DNA from: an uncultured delta proteobacterium | Lineage (GTDB): Bacteria > Desulfobacterota > Binatia > HRBIN30 > BPIQ01 | DNA length: 64,000 nt | Direction of reading: 5' to 3' | Assembly: GCA_963761335.1 (NCBI GenBank) | Contig: CAVXGR010000016.1 | Coordinates: forward strand, 224,001 to 288,000 | Shown: in pieces, positions 1 to 8,986 of the stretch | How positions within the stretch are numbered: the first letter of the stretch is position 1 | Layout of the letters: each line of letters opens with the position of its first letter | Notes under the pieces: generated by a model | The model's input: only the letters and a program-made list of their open reading frames with translations | Told to the model about the DNA's origin: nothing | The model's database searches: none | Translations under genes and position numbers: made by a program

Positions 1-154
1 GCTGGAAGCGTTCCCCTTCGCTCTGGGGAAGCTGCTCGCGCTTCGCGTGACCCCGGAGGTGGAGCGAGGCGAGGATCTACTGGATCTGGTCTGTGCCCGT
101 GCGGGGCGCGCCAGGAAAGGAGGAGAGCATGGCCATCAGTCAGGAGCTGCTTGA
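1..154 (+). CDS. C-terminal end of a CDS, probably tetraacyldisaccharide 4'-kinase (partial)
   Basis: Frame 2 is open (LEAFPFALGKLLALRVTPEVE...) to TGA 152-154. It lies directly upstream of a Trm112/YcaR gene in an LPS cluster, the usual lpxK position. No diagnostic motif is inside the window. Confidence 0.5.
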   Translation, partial: LEAFPFALGKLLALRVTPEVERGEDLLDLVCARAGRARKGGEHGHQSGAA

Positions 155-299
155 AATTCTCGCCTGCCCGAAATGCAAGGGCGACGTCCATCTCACCGAG
201 AAACAGGACGGCCTCGTCTGCGACAGCTGCAAGCTGCTGTACCCGATCAAGGACGACATTCCGGTGATGCTGATCGACGAAGCCGTCCATCTGGAGTAG
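129..299 (+). CDS. Trm112/YcaR-family protein
   Basis: MAISQELLEILACPKCKG...YPIKDDIPVML; strong SD GGAGGAG upstream. Confidence 0.9.
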   Translation: MAISQELLEILACPKCKGDVHLTEKQDGLVCDSCKLLYPIKDDIPVMLIDEAVHLE

Positions 300-335
300 C
301 CGCTGGCTGCCACTGCTCCCACGGGGAGAGCCCCG

Positions 336-1409
336 GTGAAGGCCCGCACGCCGGCGGGGGTGCTCGTGGTGCAGACCGGCTTCCTTGGCGACGTTGTCCT
401 GGCCACCCCGGTGCTCGCCGAGCTGAAGCGCCAGTGGCCCATGGCCCGGATCACCGTGTTGGTGCGTCCCGAAGCCGCGCCCCTGCTGCGCGGCCACCCG
501 TACGTCGACGCCGTATGGACCGACGACAAGCGCGGTCGCGAGCGCGGTCCGCGCGGGCTATGGAGGGTCGCCGGGCGGCTGCGGCGGGGCGGCTTCGACT
601 GTGCCGTGGGCCTGCACAAGTCGCTGCGCACTGCCCTCTTGCTCGCCCTCGCCCGCATTCCGCTGCGCGTCGGCTTTCGCCAGAGCGCCGGGTGGTTTCT
701 CTACCACCGCCGCGCGGCGCTGCCGGCATCCGCTCACGCCGCGCAGCGGCAGCTGGCGCTTCTCGGGGCTCTCGACTTCGACTGCGACGGCTTGGCGCGA
801 CCGCTGCTCGTGGCCGACCCGCAGGCACGGCTCGAGCTGCGGCGTTTGCTGAGCGCCGCCGGCCTTGCCGCGGGCCGAGAGTACGTCGCCCTTGCCCCCG
901 GATCGGCATGGGCCACGAAGCGCTGGATCGCGGAGGGATATGCGCAGGTGGCGAGCGCCGTTCGCGCCAGCGGTGAAGAGGTCGTCTTCGTCGGCGCTCC
1001 CTCGGAATCCGCGTCGATCGAGGATGTGCGGCGGCGCGCCGGCGGCGGTATCAGCCTCGCCGGCGTCACCGACACCGCGGTGCTGGTCGCCGCGATCGAA
1101 GGGGCGCAGGCCCTCGTTTGCAACGACAGCGCCCCGATGCACATCGCCCAGGCGTTGTCGGTGCCGGTCGTGGCCATCTTCGGGCCGACCAGCCCGCAAA
1201 TGGGCTTCGGACCCCGCTTTGAGCCGGCAGTGGTGGTCGAGGAGAGCCTCGACTGCCGCCCGTGCTCGCGCCACGGCGGACGCCACTGCCCTCTCGGAAC
1301 GCATGCCTGCATGAAGGGAATCGCGCCGCAGCGTGTCCTGGCTGCCCTCGCCGAAGTCCGGCAACAGGCGCCGGCTCCCGTGGGGCTGGGCGAAGGGCGG
1401 ACGCCGTGA
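336..1409 (+). CDS. waaF: LPS heptosyltransferase II (GT9)
   Basis: FLGDVVLATP, APGSAWATKRW, NDSAPMHIA, FGPT, CRPC motifs. Confidence 0.8.
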   Translation: MKARTPAGVLVVQTGFLGDVVLATPVLAELKRQWPMARITVLVRPEAAPLLRGHPYVDAVWTDDKRGRERGPRGLWRVAGRLRRGGFDCAVGLHKSLRTALLLALARIPLRVGFRQSAGWFLYHRRAALPASAHAAQRQLALLGALDFDCDGLARPLLVADPQARLELRRLLSAAGLAAGREYVALAPGSAWATKRWIAEGYAQVASAVRASGEEVVFVGAPSESASIEDVRRRAGGGISLAGVTDTAVLVAAIEGAQALVCNDSAPMHIAQALSVPVVAIFGPTSPQMGFGPRFEPAVVVEESLDCRPCSRHGGRHCPLGTHACMKGIAPQRVLAALAEVRQQAPAPVGLGEGRTP

Positions 1410-2134
1410 TGCAGGCCCCTCCCGGATTTGCCTGGCGCCACAGCGGCGCCGACACGGCGCTGGTGCGCGAAGACGTCGGCGAGGAGCTCGCCGACCTGTT
1501 GCGCCAAATGATGCGCGGCGGCCTCGAGGCGACCCTGCCGGGCGGCCGGGGGGCTGCCGCCGCCGCCGCTCTCGCCGACGGGACCGAGGTGGTTCTGCGC
1601 CGCAATCGCCGCGGCGGCCTGCCTGCCGCTTTTCTCGAGGATGTCTACTTCGGTGTGCGTCCGCGCCCATTTCTCGAGGTGGCGGTGTCGCTGCAGCTGC
1701 GGCAGCGAGGCGTGCGCGTTCCCGAGCCACTCGGGGCGCTGGTACAGCGGCGCGGGCCGCTGGCGTATCGCGGTGGGGTGGCGACGCGGCGCATCGCTCG
1801 CAGCCGCAACGCCTGGGAGTACCTGCGCCGGCTCGAGAGCCGCGCCGAGCGCCGCCGGGTATGCGCCGCGCTGGTCGGTGCCGCCGAGCGCCTGCTCGAC
1901 GCTGGGGCGATACACCCAGACCTGAACCTCACCAATTTTCTGGTGCAGGACGGAGAGGGCGCTTGCGACGTGTGGATCATCGACTGCGACAAGGTGCGCT
2001 TCGGCCGCATCACCCCGAGCTGCCGCGCCCGCGTCTGGCACCGTCTGCAGCGCTCGGCGCGCCGGCTCGATCCGCGCGCCGAGATCGTCGACCCCGATTG
2101 GCTGCAACCGCTGTCATGCATATCGCCCACGTGA
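1409..2134 (+). CDS. Kdo/LPS kinase (KdkA-like, Kdo/WaaP family)
   Basis: VLRRNRRGG, HPDLNLTN, IIDCDK; ATG overlaps the waaF stop (TGATG). Confidence 0.8.
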   Translation: MQAPPGFAWRHSGADTALVREDVGEELADLLRQMMRGGLEATLPGGRGAAAAAALADGTEVVLRRNRRGGLPAAFLEDVYFGVRPRPFLEVAVSLQLRQRGVRVPEPLGALVQRRGPLAYRGGVATRRIARSRNAWEYLRRLESRAERRRVCAALVGAAERLLDAGAIHPDLNLTNFLVQDGEGACDVWIIDCDKVRFGRITPSCRARVWHRLQRSARRLDPRAEIVDPDWLQPLSCISPT

Positions 2135-3045
2135 GCCCCTGGCGCCTGCCAGTGACGCTGTATGGCGGCAGCGAGAGGGTCGCCTACTGGCAGGCGCGTG
2201 CCCAGATGCGTCTGGGGCACCGGGTGACGGTGCTCGGGGCGCCGGGCTCGCGCTGCCCCGGCGCCGAGGTGATCGAGGTGCCGCCGGGTGCCGAGCCGGG
2301 GAGGCATCTGCCCGACGGGGTGGAGGTGATTCACCTGCACGGCATGGGGGCGATTGACAGTCCGCTGCCGTTTCTGGTGACGGCGCAGGGCAACTCGCCC
2401 GGCGAGCTCGCGTATCTGCCGAACAAGATCTATGTCAGCCGCGACCATGCCCGTCGCGGCGGCGGCAAGGCGTTCGTCTACAACGGCGTCGATGCGGAGG
2501 AGTACGTCTATCGCGAGCGCAAGGACAACTACATCCTCTTTCTCTCCAAGGTCAGCCGGCGCTCGAAGGGAATTGACGTGGCTCTCCGTCTGGCGCGTCG
2601 CCTCGGCTTTCGCCTGGTGGTCGCCGGGGGCACGCGCTTCGGTCTGCGCAAGACGGGCGGGCTCTGGGACAGCCTGCGCGCCGACGCGCATTTCTGCGGG
2701 ATGGTCGGCGGTCGGCGCAAGGCCGAGCTCCTCGCCGGGGCGCGCGCGCTTCTCTTTCCGATCCGCTGGGAGGAGCCCTTTGGCATCGTCGTCGCCGAGG
2801 CCCTGATCAGCGGCACGCCGGTGATCACCACGCCGCGCGGCGCCATGCCGGAGCTGATCACGCCGGAGTGCGGAGCCCTCTGCGAGAGCGAGGAGCAGAT
2901 GGAGGACGCCGTCCGGCACCTGGGCGATCTGTCGCCGGCAGCGTGCCGGCGGCGCGCCGTCGAGCATTTCACCAGCGGCGTGTGCGCCGAGAAGTACATC
3001 CGCTACTACGAGCGCCTGCGGCGCGCCGAGCCGCTCGAGGAGTAG
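2116..3045 (+). CDS. glycosyltransferase family 4
   Basis: YGGSER N-terminal motif; WEEPFGIVVAEALISGTPV. Confidence 0.85.
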   Translation: MHIAHVSPWRLPVTLYGGSERVAYWQARAQMRLGHRVTVLGAPGSRCPGAEVIEVPPGAEPGRHLPDGVEVIHLHGMGAIDSPLPFLVTAQGNSPGELAYLPNKIYVSRDHARRGGGKAFVYNGVDAEEYVYRERKDNYILFLSKVSRRSKGIDVALRLARRLGFRLVVAGGTRFGLRKTGGLWDSLRADAHFCGMVGGRRKAELLAGARALLFPIRWEEPFGIVVAEALISGTPVITTPRGAMPELITPECGALCESEEQMEDAVRHLGDLSPAACRRRAVEHFTSGVCAEKYIRYYERLRRAEPLEE

Positions 3046-3049
3046 GCGC

Positions 3050-4069
3050 GTGCCCACCCGTGCTGCTCCGCGCCGCCTGCTGATCGTCCTCGGTGGCGCC
3101 ATCGGCGACGTCACCCGGGCCCTGCCGCTTCTCTGCCGGCTGCACCGGGCCTACGCCGAGGCAGAGATCTTCTGGGCGGTCGAGCCGGCCGCGGCGCCGC
3201 TGCTCGAGGGTCATCCGGCGCTGCACGGCGCGGTCGTCTTCGATCGGCGGCGCGGCGCCGCGGCCTTTCCGCCGTTTCTGTGGCAGGTGCGACGCCTCGG
3301 CGTCGACTGTGCTCTCGACCTGCAGCGGCACCTGAAGAGCGGCATCGTCAGCCTCGCCTCGGGAGCGCCGCGCCGCATCGGCTTTCACCGGCAGGGATCG
3401 CGCGAGGGCAACTTCCTTTTCCAGACGGAGACCCTCGCGCCGATGCCGCGCTTCAGCTCGAAGCTGGAGCAGTTTCTGCGCTTCGCCGACCACCTCGGTG
3501 CGGCGCCCGCGCCGGTCGAGTTCGGCCTGCGCCTGCGACCCGAGGAGGAGGCGGGAGTCGAGAAGTTGCTCGCCGGGGTGCCGCGGCCGTTCGCGGCCTT
3601 CTTCGTCGGCTCGACGGCCGACAGCCGTCTCTGGTTCCCGGAGCGCACCGCGCAGGTAGTCGAGGCGCTGCGGCAACGCGGCCTTGCGGCGGTGCTGGTG
3701 GGCGGGCCCGGCGAGGAGCAGTGGGCGGCGCCGATCGTCTCGGCGAGCCGCGTTCCCGTGCTCGACCTGGTCGGCCGTACCGGCCTGCGCCAGCTGATCG
3801 GCATCTTTGGGCGCGCCCGCGTCGGGGTCGGGCCCGACTGCGGCCCGATGCACCTCGCCGCCGCCGTCGGCCTGCCGGTGGTGTCGCTGTGGGGGGCGAC
3901 CAGCGCCGCCCGCTCGGCGCCGTGGGGCTCGCACCATCTGGTCGTCGAGGGCCGCGCCGAATGTATGCCCTGCTATTACAAGCACTGCCCCATCGGCCGC
4001 GTCTGCATGCAGGCCATCGAACCGGCGGCGGTGCTGGCGAAGATCGACACGGCGCTGGCGAGCGCCTGA
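3050..4069 (+). CDS. LPS heptosyltransferase family protein (GT9, WaaC-like)
   Basis: AIGDVTRALP, LDLQRHLKS, DCGPMHLAAA, WGAT. Confidence 0.85.
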   Translation: MPTRAAPRRLLIVLGGAIGDVTRALPLLCRLHRAYAEAEIFWAVEPAAAPLLEGHPALHGAVVFDRRRGAAAFPPFLWQVRRLGVDCALDLQRHLKSGIVSLASGAPRRIGFHRQGSREGNFLFQTETLAPMPRFSSKLEQFLRFADHLGAAPAPVEFGLRLRPEEEAGVEKLLAGVPRPFAAFFVGSTADSRLWFPERTAQVVEALRQRGLAAVLVGGPGEEQWAAPIVSASRVPVLDLVGRTGLRQLIGIFGRARVGVGPDCGPMHLAAAVGLPVVSLWGATSAARSAPWGSHHLVVEGRAECMPCYYKHCPIGRVCMQAIEPAAVLAKIDTALASA

Positions 4070-4169
4070 GGGCAGGCCGCCGCGTCGCTGAAGACCCCGC
4101 GAGCACGATTGCGATCACGAGCACGAAGTTGGGGCGAGCTGAGGAGGCGGCGAGCGGGGAGGGCGGCCG

Positions 4170-4198
4170 TTGACACCCCCGCCAGGCTCGTTTACTTC
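4170..4198 (+). promoter_or_regulatory. putative sigma70 promoter for the GT2-FkbM genes
   Basis: TTGACA (4170-4175), 17-bp spacer, TACTTC (4193-4198). Confidence 0.5.
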
Positions 4199-4216
4199 TT
4201 TTGCCGCGAGACGCGC

Positions 4217-5083
4217 ATGCCGGTGGCGGAGACATCCAACCTGCGGCTTTCCGTCATCGTCACCACCTACAACAACCCCCGCGCCCTGCGCCTGGTGCTC
4301 GCCGGGCTGGAGCGGCAGACGGTCGGGGACTTCGAGGTCGTGATCGCAGATGATGGCAGTGGCCCGGAAACGCGCGAGGTCATCGACGCCTACCGGCGGC
4401 AGGCCCCGTTTGCGCTGCGCCACGTCTGGCAGCCGGATGAAGGGTTTCGCAAGTGTGCCATCCTCAACCGCGCCGTGCGCGAAGCGTCCGGCGACTATCT
4501 GTTCTTCTTCGACGGTGACTGCGTGCCGCCGGCGCACTGTCTGCGCGCGCACCTGCGCGCCGCCCGCCGCGAGCACTACGTCTGCGGCGCCATGGTGCTG
4601 CTCAGTGCCCGCTTCGGCGAGCGCCTCACGGTGCAGGAGGTCGCCGGCGGCAGGCTCGATCGCTTCGGTCGGTGGTGGTACACGGACGTCGATCGCCGCC
4701 ACCGGCTGCTCATCAGCCGCGTTCCGGGTCTCCGCTGGGCGCTCGATCGAAACCGCAAGCGGGGAAGCATCTGGGGCGGCTCCAACTCCTCCACCTTCGC
4801 CGAGCACGTCTATCGGGTCGGCGGCTTCGACGAGCGCTTCACCTACGGCTTCGAGGATGCGGACTTCGGCCTGCGTCTCGAGGCGGCGGGGATTCGCGGT
4901 CGCTCGATTCGCTACACGGCACCGGTGTTCGCCCTGGACCACCCGCGGCCGTACGTCGACGTGGCGCAGATCGGCGTCAACCGCGCCCTGATGGAAGCCA
5001 ATCGCGCCGCCGGCATGATCTTCACTCCCTATGGACTGCCACGACAACCCCCGGAGTCCGCGACACAGGCGGTTGCCTCCTGA
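4217..5083 (+). CDS. glycosyltransferase family 2
   Basis: SVIVTTYN, ADDGS, FFDGDC, GFDERF, FEDAD. Confidence 0.85.
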   Translation: MPVAETSNLRLSVIVTTYNNPRALRLVLAGLERQTVGDFEVVIADDGSGPETREVIDAYRRQAPFALRHVWQPDEGFRKCAILNRAVREASGDYLFFFDGDCVPPAHCLRAHLRAARREHYVCGAMVLLSARFGERLTVQEVAGGRLDRFGRWWYTDVDRRHRLLISRVPGLRWALDRNRKRGSIWGGSNSSTFAEHVYRVGGFDERFTYGFEDADFGLRLEAAGIRGRSIRYTAPVFALDHPRPYVDVAQIGVNRALMEANRAAGMIFTPYGLPRQPPESATQAVAS

Positions 5084-5090
5084 GAGCGAG

Positions 5091-5864
5091 ATGCCAGACA
5101 ACGCATTCATTCAAGCGGTGAAGTCGGTGCGCTACGCGCCCAAGGTGGTCAACTGGCGCGAGATCGGTCGCGCCGGTTGGCGCGGCGAGGAGCTGACGCG
5201 CCTGCGCCTGCGCAACGGCGTGGTGATCGAGGCGCTACCCGCCTCGCGGCTGGTCGGTCTGTACAAGGAGATCTGGTACCGGGACGAGTACCGGCTGCGC
5301 CGCGAGCCGTTGCCGGTGGGCGCCACGGTGGTCGATATCGGCGCCAACATCGGGGTGTTCGCCCTCTATGCGGCCAGCTTCGGCGGCGCCGGCCGGGTTC
5401 TCTGCTTCGAGCCCTTTCCGGAGAGCTTCGCGGTACTGAAGCGCAACATCGAGCACAACCCCTCGCTCGGTGTCGAGGCCTATCCGCTCGGGGTGGCCGG
5501 CAGCAGCGGCAAACGCCGGCTGCAGGTCGGCGACTGCCACGGATGGAACCGCATGGTGGGCGAGGAGGGGGGCAACGCCGTGGAGATCGAGTGCGTCACC
5601 CTCGCCGAGGCTTTCGAGCGCGGCAAGGTGCAGCGCTGTGACTTCATGAAGGTGGATTGCGAGGGGGCCGAGTACGAGATCTTTCTCGAGGCCCCGCGTC
5701 AGGTACTGTCGCGCATCGACCGCATCGTGCTCGAGTATCACGACCATCTCACCGAGCACCGCCACGGCGAGTTGGTCGACGTGCTGCGGGCCGCCGGCTT
5801 CCAGGCCGAAGCCCAGGGCGGTCCGGTGACCGGCTACGTCTACGCCCGGCGGGGCGCCTCCTGA
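5091..5864 (+). CDS. FkbM-family methyltransferase
   Basis: VVDIGANIG, CFEP, KVDCEGAEYEI. Confidence 0.85.
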   Translation: MPDNAFIQAVKSVRYAPKVVNWREIGRAGWRGEELTRLRLRNGVVIEALPASRLVGLYKEIWYRDEYRLRREPLPVGATVVDIGANIGVFALYAASFGGAGRVLCFEPFPESFAVLKRNIEHNPSLGVEAYPLGVAGSSGKRRLQVGDCHGWNRMVGEEGGNAVEIECVTLAEAFERGKVQRCDFMKVDCEGAEYEIFLEAPRQVLSRIDRIVLEYHDHLTEHRHGELVDVLRAAGFQAEAQGGPVTGYVYARRGAS

Positions 5865-6400
5865 GGCCCGCCGCTCTTCACCGCCTGCAGCACGGCGCGG
5901 ATCTCCCGCGCCGGCAGGAGATAGGCGAAGTTCTGCTCGTAGAGGCGCGGCGACCAGCGCGCCATGGCGGCGCCCAAGCGGCTGCTGAGCGCCTTGCGGA
6001 AGGTGAGCTCGGAGCTGCGAACGCGGAACACGGCGCCGTCGTTCAGGTAGCCGTCGGCGCAGAAGAAGCCGAAGCTCTCCAGGGCGAGGTGTTGCCGATG
6101 ACTCGGGTCGAGCCACGAATCGAGCGACGAGAAATGGGGAGTGGCGATGCGTATCTCGGCGCCGTCGGCAGAGATCCGATGGATCTCGCGCAGAAAACGG
6201 CCGACGTCCGACATGTGCTCGATGACGTGGGTGCAGACGAGCAGATCGAAGGAGTCGGCGGCGAAGGGCCAGGGGATGGACTCGAGGTCGTGCACGACGT
6301 CGACGCCGGCAAAAGGCCGGCAGTCGATGCCGATGCTGCCCGGCATCTTGTTCGAGCCGCAGCCGACGTCGAGGATGCGGCTCGGCGGAGCAGAGGACAT
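5840..6400 (-). CDS. class I SAM-dependent methyltransferase (type 11-like)
   Basis: ILDVGCG, HVIEH, DPSH; SD AGGAG before ATG 6400; 3' end overlaps the convergent FkbM gene. Confidence 0.8.
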   Translation of the reverse strand: MSSAPPSRILDVGCGSNKMPGSIGIDCRPFAGVDVVHDLESIPWPFAADSFDLLVCTHVIEHMSDVGRFLREIHRISADGAEIRIATPHFSSLDSWLDPSHRQHLALESFGFFCADGYLNDGAVFRVRSSELTFRKALSSRLGAAMARWSPRLYEQNFAYLLPAREIRAVLQAVKSGGPQEAPRRA

Positions 6401-6495
6401 GGCCATCTCCTGTAGCAAAGGGCGGAGAGCGCCGCGAGCCGCGGTTGAAGGGCCGCCGCGGCTGCGATAAGCGGCGCCCCGCGGGAGACCGACCG

Positions 6496-7425
6496 ACGAA
6501 GATCAGCGGCTTCACCTTCGTGCGCAATGCCGTCGACCTCTACTATCCGGTGGTCGAGTCGATCACCTCCATCTTGCCGGTGTGCGACGAGTTCGTGGTT
6601 GCTGCCGGCGACTCGACCGACGGCACCACCGAGCTCTTGCGCGCCATCGACAGCCCCAAGCTGCGCATCATCGAGACGCGCTGGGACCCGACGCTCTTTC
6701 AGCGGGGCACCATCTTCGCCCAGCAGACGGACATTGCTCTCGACGCCTGCACGGGCGACTGGGCCTTCTACCTGCAGGCGGACGAGGTGGTGCACGAGCG
6801 CAGCCTAGAGCGCATCGAGGAGCGCCTGCGCCGCCATCTCGGCGACCGCCGCGTCGAGGGGCTACTCTTCGACTACCTGCACTTCTTCGGCGATTACGAT
6901 CATGTGCAGACGTCGCACAACTGGTACAACCACGAGATCCGCGTCGTGCGCACCGGCATTGGCGTGCGCTCCTGGCACGACGCCCAGGGATTCCGCCGCC
7001 ACGGCGAGAAGCTGCAGGTGGCGCACAGCGGCGCCTGCATCTATCACTACGGCTGGGTGCGGCCGCCGCGCAGCCTGCACCGCAAGGTGCGCGCCTTCAC
7101 CGCGGCGTATCAGGGGCTGGAGGCCGCCGAGCGACGCCAGATCGACGAGGAGAAGGCGTTCGGCTACGGACGCCTGCGCGGGCTGCGCCCCTTTCGCGGC
7201 AGCCATCCGCGAGTGATGGAGGCGCGGCTGCGGCAGCGCTCCTGGGCGGTAGAGCCGACCCCTCCCGCGGGGCACAAGCACGACCGGATCGGCGTGCAGC
7301 TCCTTTCCTTCATCGAGAATCGCCTCCTCGGCTTCCGCATCGGCGAACGGCGCAACTACATCCTTCTCCCCGGCGAAGGACCGGCGCAGTCGCCGTTGGA
7401 TTGGGGGAGAAGACTGAGCGAGTAG
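6496..7425 (+). CDS. glycosyltransferase, GT2-like (start uncertain: ACG 6496 or TTG 6445)
   Basis: KISGFTFVRN, GDSTDGT, YLQADE, YHYGWVR motifs. Confidence 0.75.
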   Translation, partial: TKISGFTFVRNAVDLYYPVVESITSILPVCDEFVVAAGDSTDGTTELLRAIDSPKLRIIETRWDPTLFQRGTIFAQQTDIALDACTGDWAFYLQADEVVHERSLERIEERLRRHLGDRRVEGLLFDYLHFFGDYDHVQTSHNWYNHEIRVVRTGIGVRSWHDAQGFRRHGEKLQVAHSGACIYHYGWVRPPRSLHRKVRAFTAAYQGLEAAERRQIDEEKAFGYGRLRGLRPFRGSHPRVMEARLRQRSWAVEPTPPAGHKHDRIGVQLLSFIENRLLGFRIGERRNYILLPGEGPAQSPLDWGRRLSE

Positions 7426-7481
7426 ACCGCCAGGGAGCGCGGCCATCCTGGCCACTCCCCGAAGCGCCGGGGGGACATGTG

Positions 7482-7698
7482 CCCGCGCCCCTGACGGGGC
7501 GCGCCGTTCGACACTGCCCGATTGTCCCCGGGTTGACGAGGCTGTCTCAAAACCGGAGTAGAAGCGCCGTCCCGGCGCTTTCCGAAGCGGCGAGACGCCG
7601 CTTCTACCTTGGCGCCCGCGAGCCGGCGGAGTGGTTTTGCCGGGTTTTGAGACGGCATCTGACCCCCGGGGCTACACGCCGGCGCCCCTGACGGGGCG
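7482..7698. repeat. REP-like element (family C) interrupted by a MITE
   Basis: GCGCCCCTGACGGGGCG hairpins at both ends plus CCCCGGG..CCCGGGGCTACACGCC; related to 22082-22282. Confidence 0.6.
7538..7659. mobile_element. 122-bp MITE (family B) with terminal inverted repeats and a 4-bp target duplication
   Basis: Ends GAGGCTGTCTCAAAACC and (rc) GATGCCGTCTCAAAACC (15/17); TGAC on both flanks (7534-7537, 7660-7663). Confidence 0.7.
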
Positions 7699-7700
7699 GA

Positions 7701-7740
7701 GAAACCGAGAAACCGAGAAACCGAGAAACCGAGAAACCTC
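7701..7740 (+). repeat. octamer tandem repeat (GAAACCGA)x4 plus one degenerate unit
   Basis: direct reading. Confidence 0.9.
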
Positions 7741-7747
7741 AGAGAAC

Positions 7748-8845
7748 CTAGCGCGCCACTTCGCGATAGAGGCCGAGGATGGTCTCCGCCACCCGGCGCC
7801 AGGTGAACTCGGCGGCGCGCTCGAGGCCGCGCCGGCGCATCTCCCGGCGGAGCGAGGCGCTGCCGGCGACCTCGACGAGAGCGTCGGCCATGGCGGTGAC
7901 GTCGGCGGGGTCGACGAGCACCGCCGCCGCCTCGCAGACCTCGGGAAGCGAGGTGGTCGAAGCGGTGATCAGCGGCGCGCCGCAGGCCATCGCTTCGAGC
8001 GCCGGCAGGCCGAAGCCTTCGAGCTCGCTCGGGAAGAAGTAGAGCAGGCTGCCGCTCATCAGCGCCGGGTAATCCTCGTCGGCGACGAAGCCGAGGAAGC
8101 GAACCCGGCTCTGCGCGCCGGCCTGGCGCACCAGCTCGCGGACCTCCATCTCGAGCGGGCCGCCGCTCCCCGAGAGCGCCAGGGTCGTATCGCTCGGCAG
8201 CTTGTCCAGGGCGGCGACGAAGGCGCGCGCGGCTCCCAGGGCGTTCTTGCGGCGCCCGAAGCCGCCGCCGAAGAGAATGTAGGGAGAGCCGAGGTCATAG
8301 CGCTCCCGCGCCGCGCCGGCGGCCGACTCCGGCTGCGGCGTGTAGCCCGGGCTTGCCGCCAGCGGCACGACGCGCACGCGCCCGGGCGCCACGCCGAGGA
8401 GGCGGACGATCTCGGCCTTGGAGAACTCGGAGAGCGTCATGATCAGTCGCGAGCGCTCGGCGACGTCGCGATAGCGCCTCTGCCAGCGCTCCCGCGTGCG
8501 CGTCGATCCCATGTCCGGCCGCGACAGGTAGAAGATGTCGTGCAGGGTTCCCAGGTAGGGCACCAGGTCGCGGTATCCGGGCAGCCGCTGGTAGGTCGGA
8601 TGATAGACGTCGAGGCTGCGGAACAGCCGGCGATTGAACGGCTCCTGGATGATGCGGATGTGAAAACGCGGGTCCTGCGGTCGCCAGAGCAGCTGCGGCC
8701 GCTTGAGGGCGCGCGGTCGATAGCACAGATAGAACTGGTGCGCGCCGCCGATCTCGGCGAGGTTGAGAACCAGATTGTAGATGAAGCGCGAGATGCCGAC
8801 GATGCGGGTCTGCGCCAGCACGGTGGCGTCGATACCGATCCTCAA
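7748..8845 (-). CDS. glycosyltransferase family 4
   Basis: TTG start after SD GGAGGAG; RIGIDA, TLHDI, RKN, EGFGLPALEAMACG. Confidence 0.85.
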   Translation of the reverse strand: MRIGIDATVLAQTRIVGISRFIYNLVLNLAEIGGAHQFYLCYRPRALKRPQLLWRPQDPRFHIRIIQEPFNRRLFRSLDVYHPTYQRLPGYRDLVPYLGTLHDIFYLSRPDMGSTRTRERWQRRYRDVAERSRLIMTLSEFSKAEIVRLLGVAPGRVRVVPLAASPGYTPQPESAAGAARERYDLGSPYILFGGGFGRRKNALGAARAFVAALDKLPSDTTLALSGSGGPLEMEVRELVRQAGAQSRVRFLGFVADEDYPALMSGSLLYFFPSELEGFGLPALEAMACGAPLITASTTSLPEVCEAAAVLVDPADVTAMADALVEVAGSASLRREMRRRGLERAAEFTWRRVAETILGLYREVAR

Positions 8846-8938
8846 GGAAGCTCCTCCGCCGCCGCTTTCGCGCCCACCGCCGTTCTCTCCGGGCGCGCAG
8901 TGTTCCCCAACCCCTGCGGCAACGCAACCGCAACGGCG

Positions 8939-8967
8939 TTGACCCCCCGCCGGTCGTGCGATATTCG
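8939..8967 (+). promoter_or_regulatory. putative sigma70 promoter for rfaE1-yicC
   Basis: TTGACC, 17-bp spacer, TATTCG. Confidence 0.4.
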
Positions 8968-8986
8968 CGCCTCGCATGCGAGGACA

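Noticed and set aside
7631..8986. N-terminal 452-aa extension of the rfaE1 ORF suggesting a fusion
   Set aside because: It is the antisense of the GT4 gene plus repeat DNA; rfaE1 has its own SD and ATG at 8987
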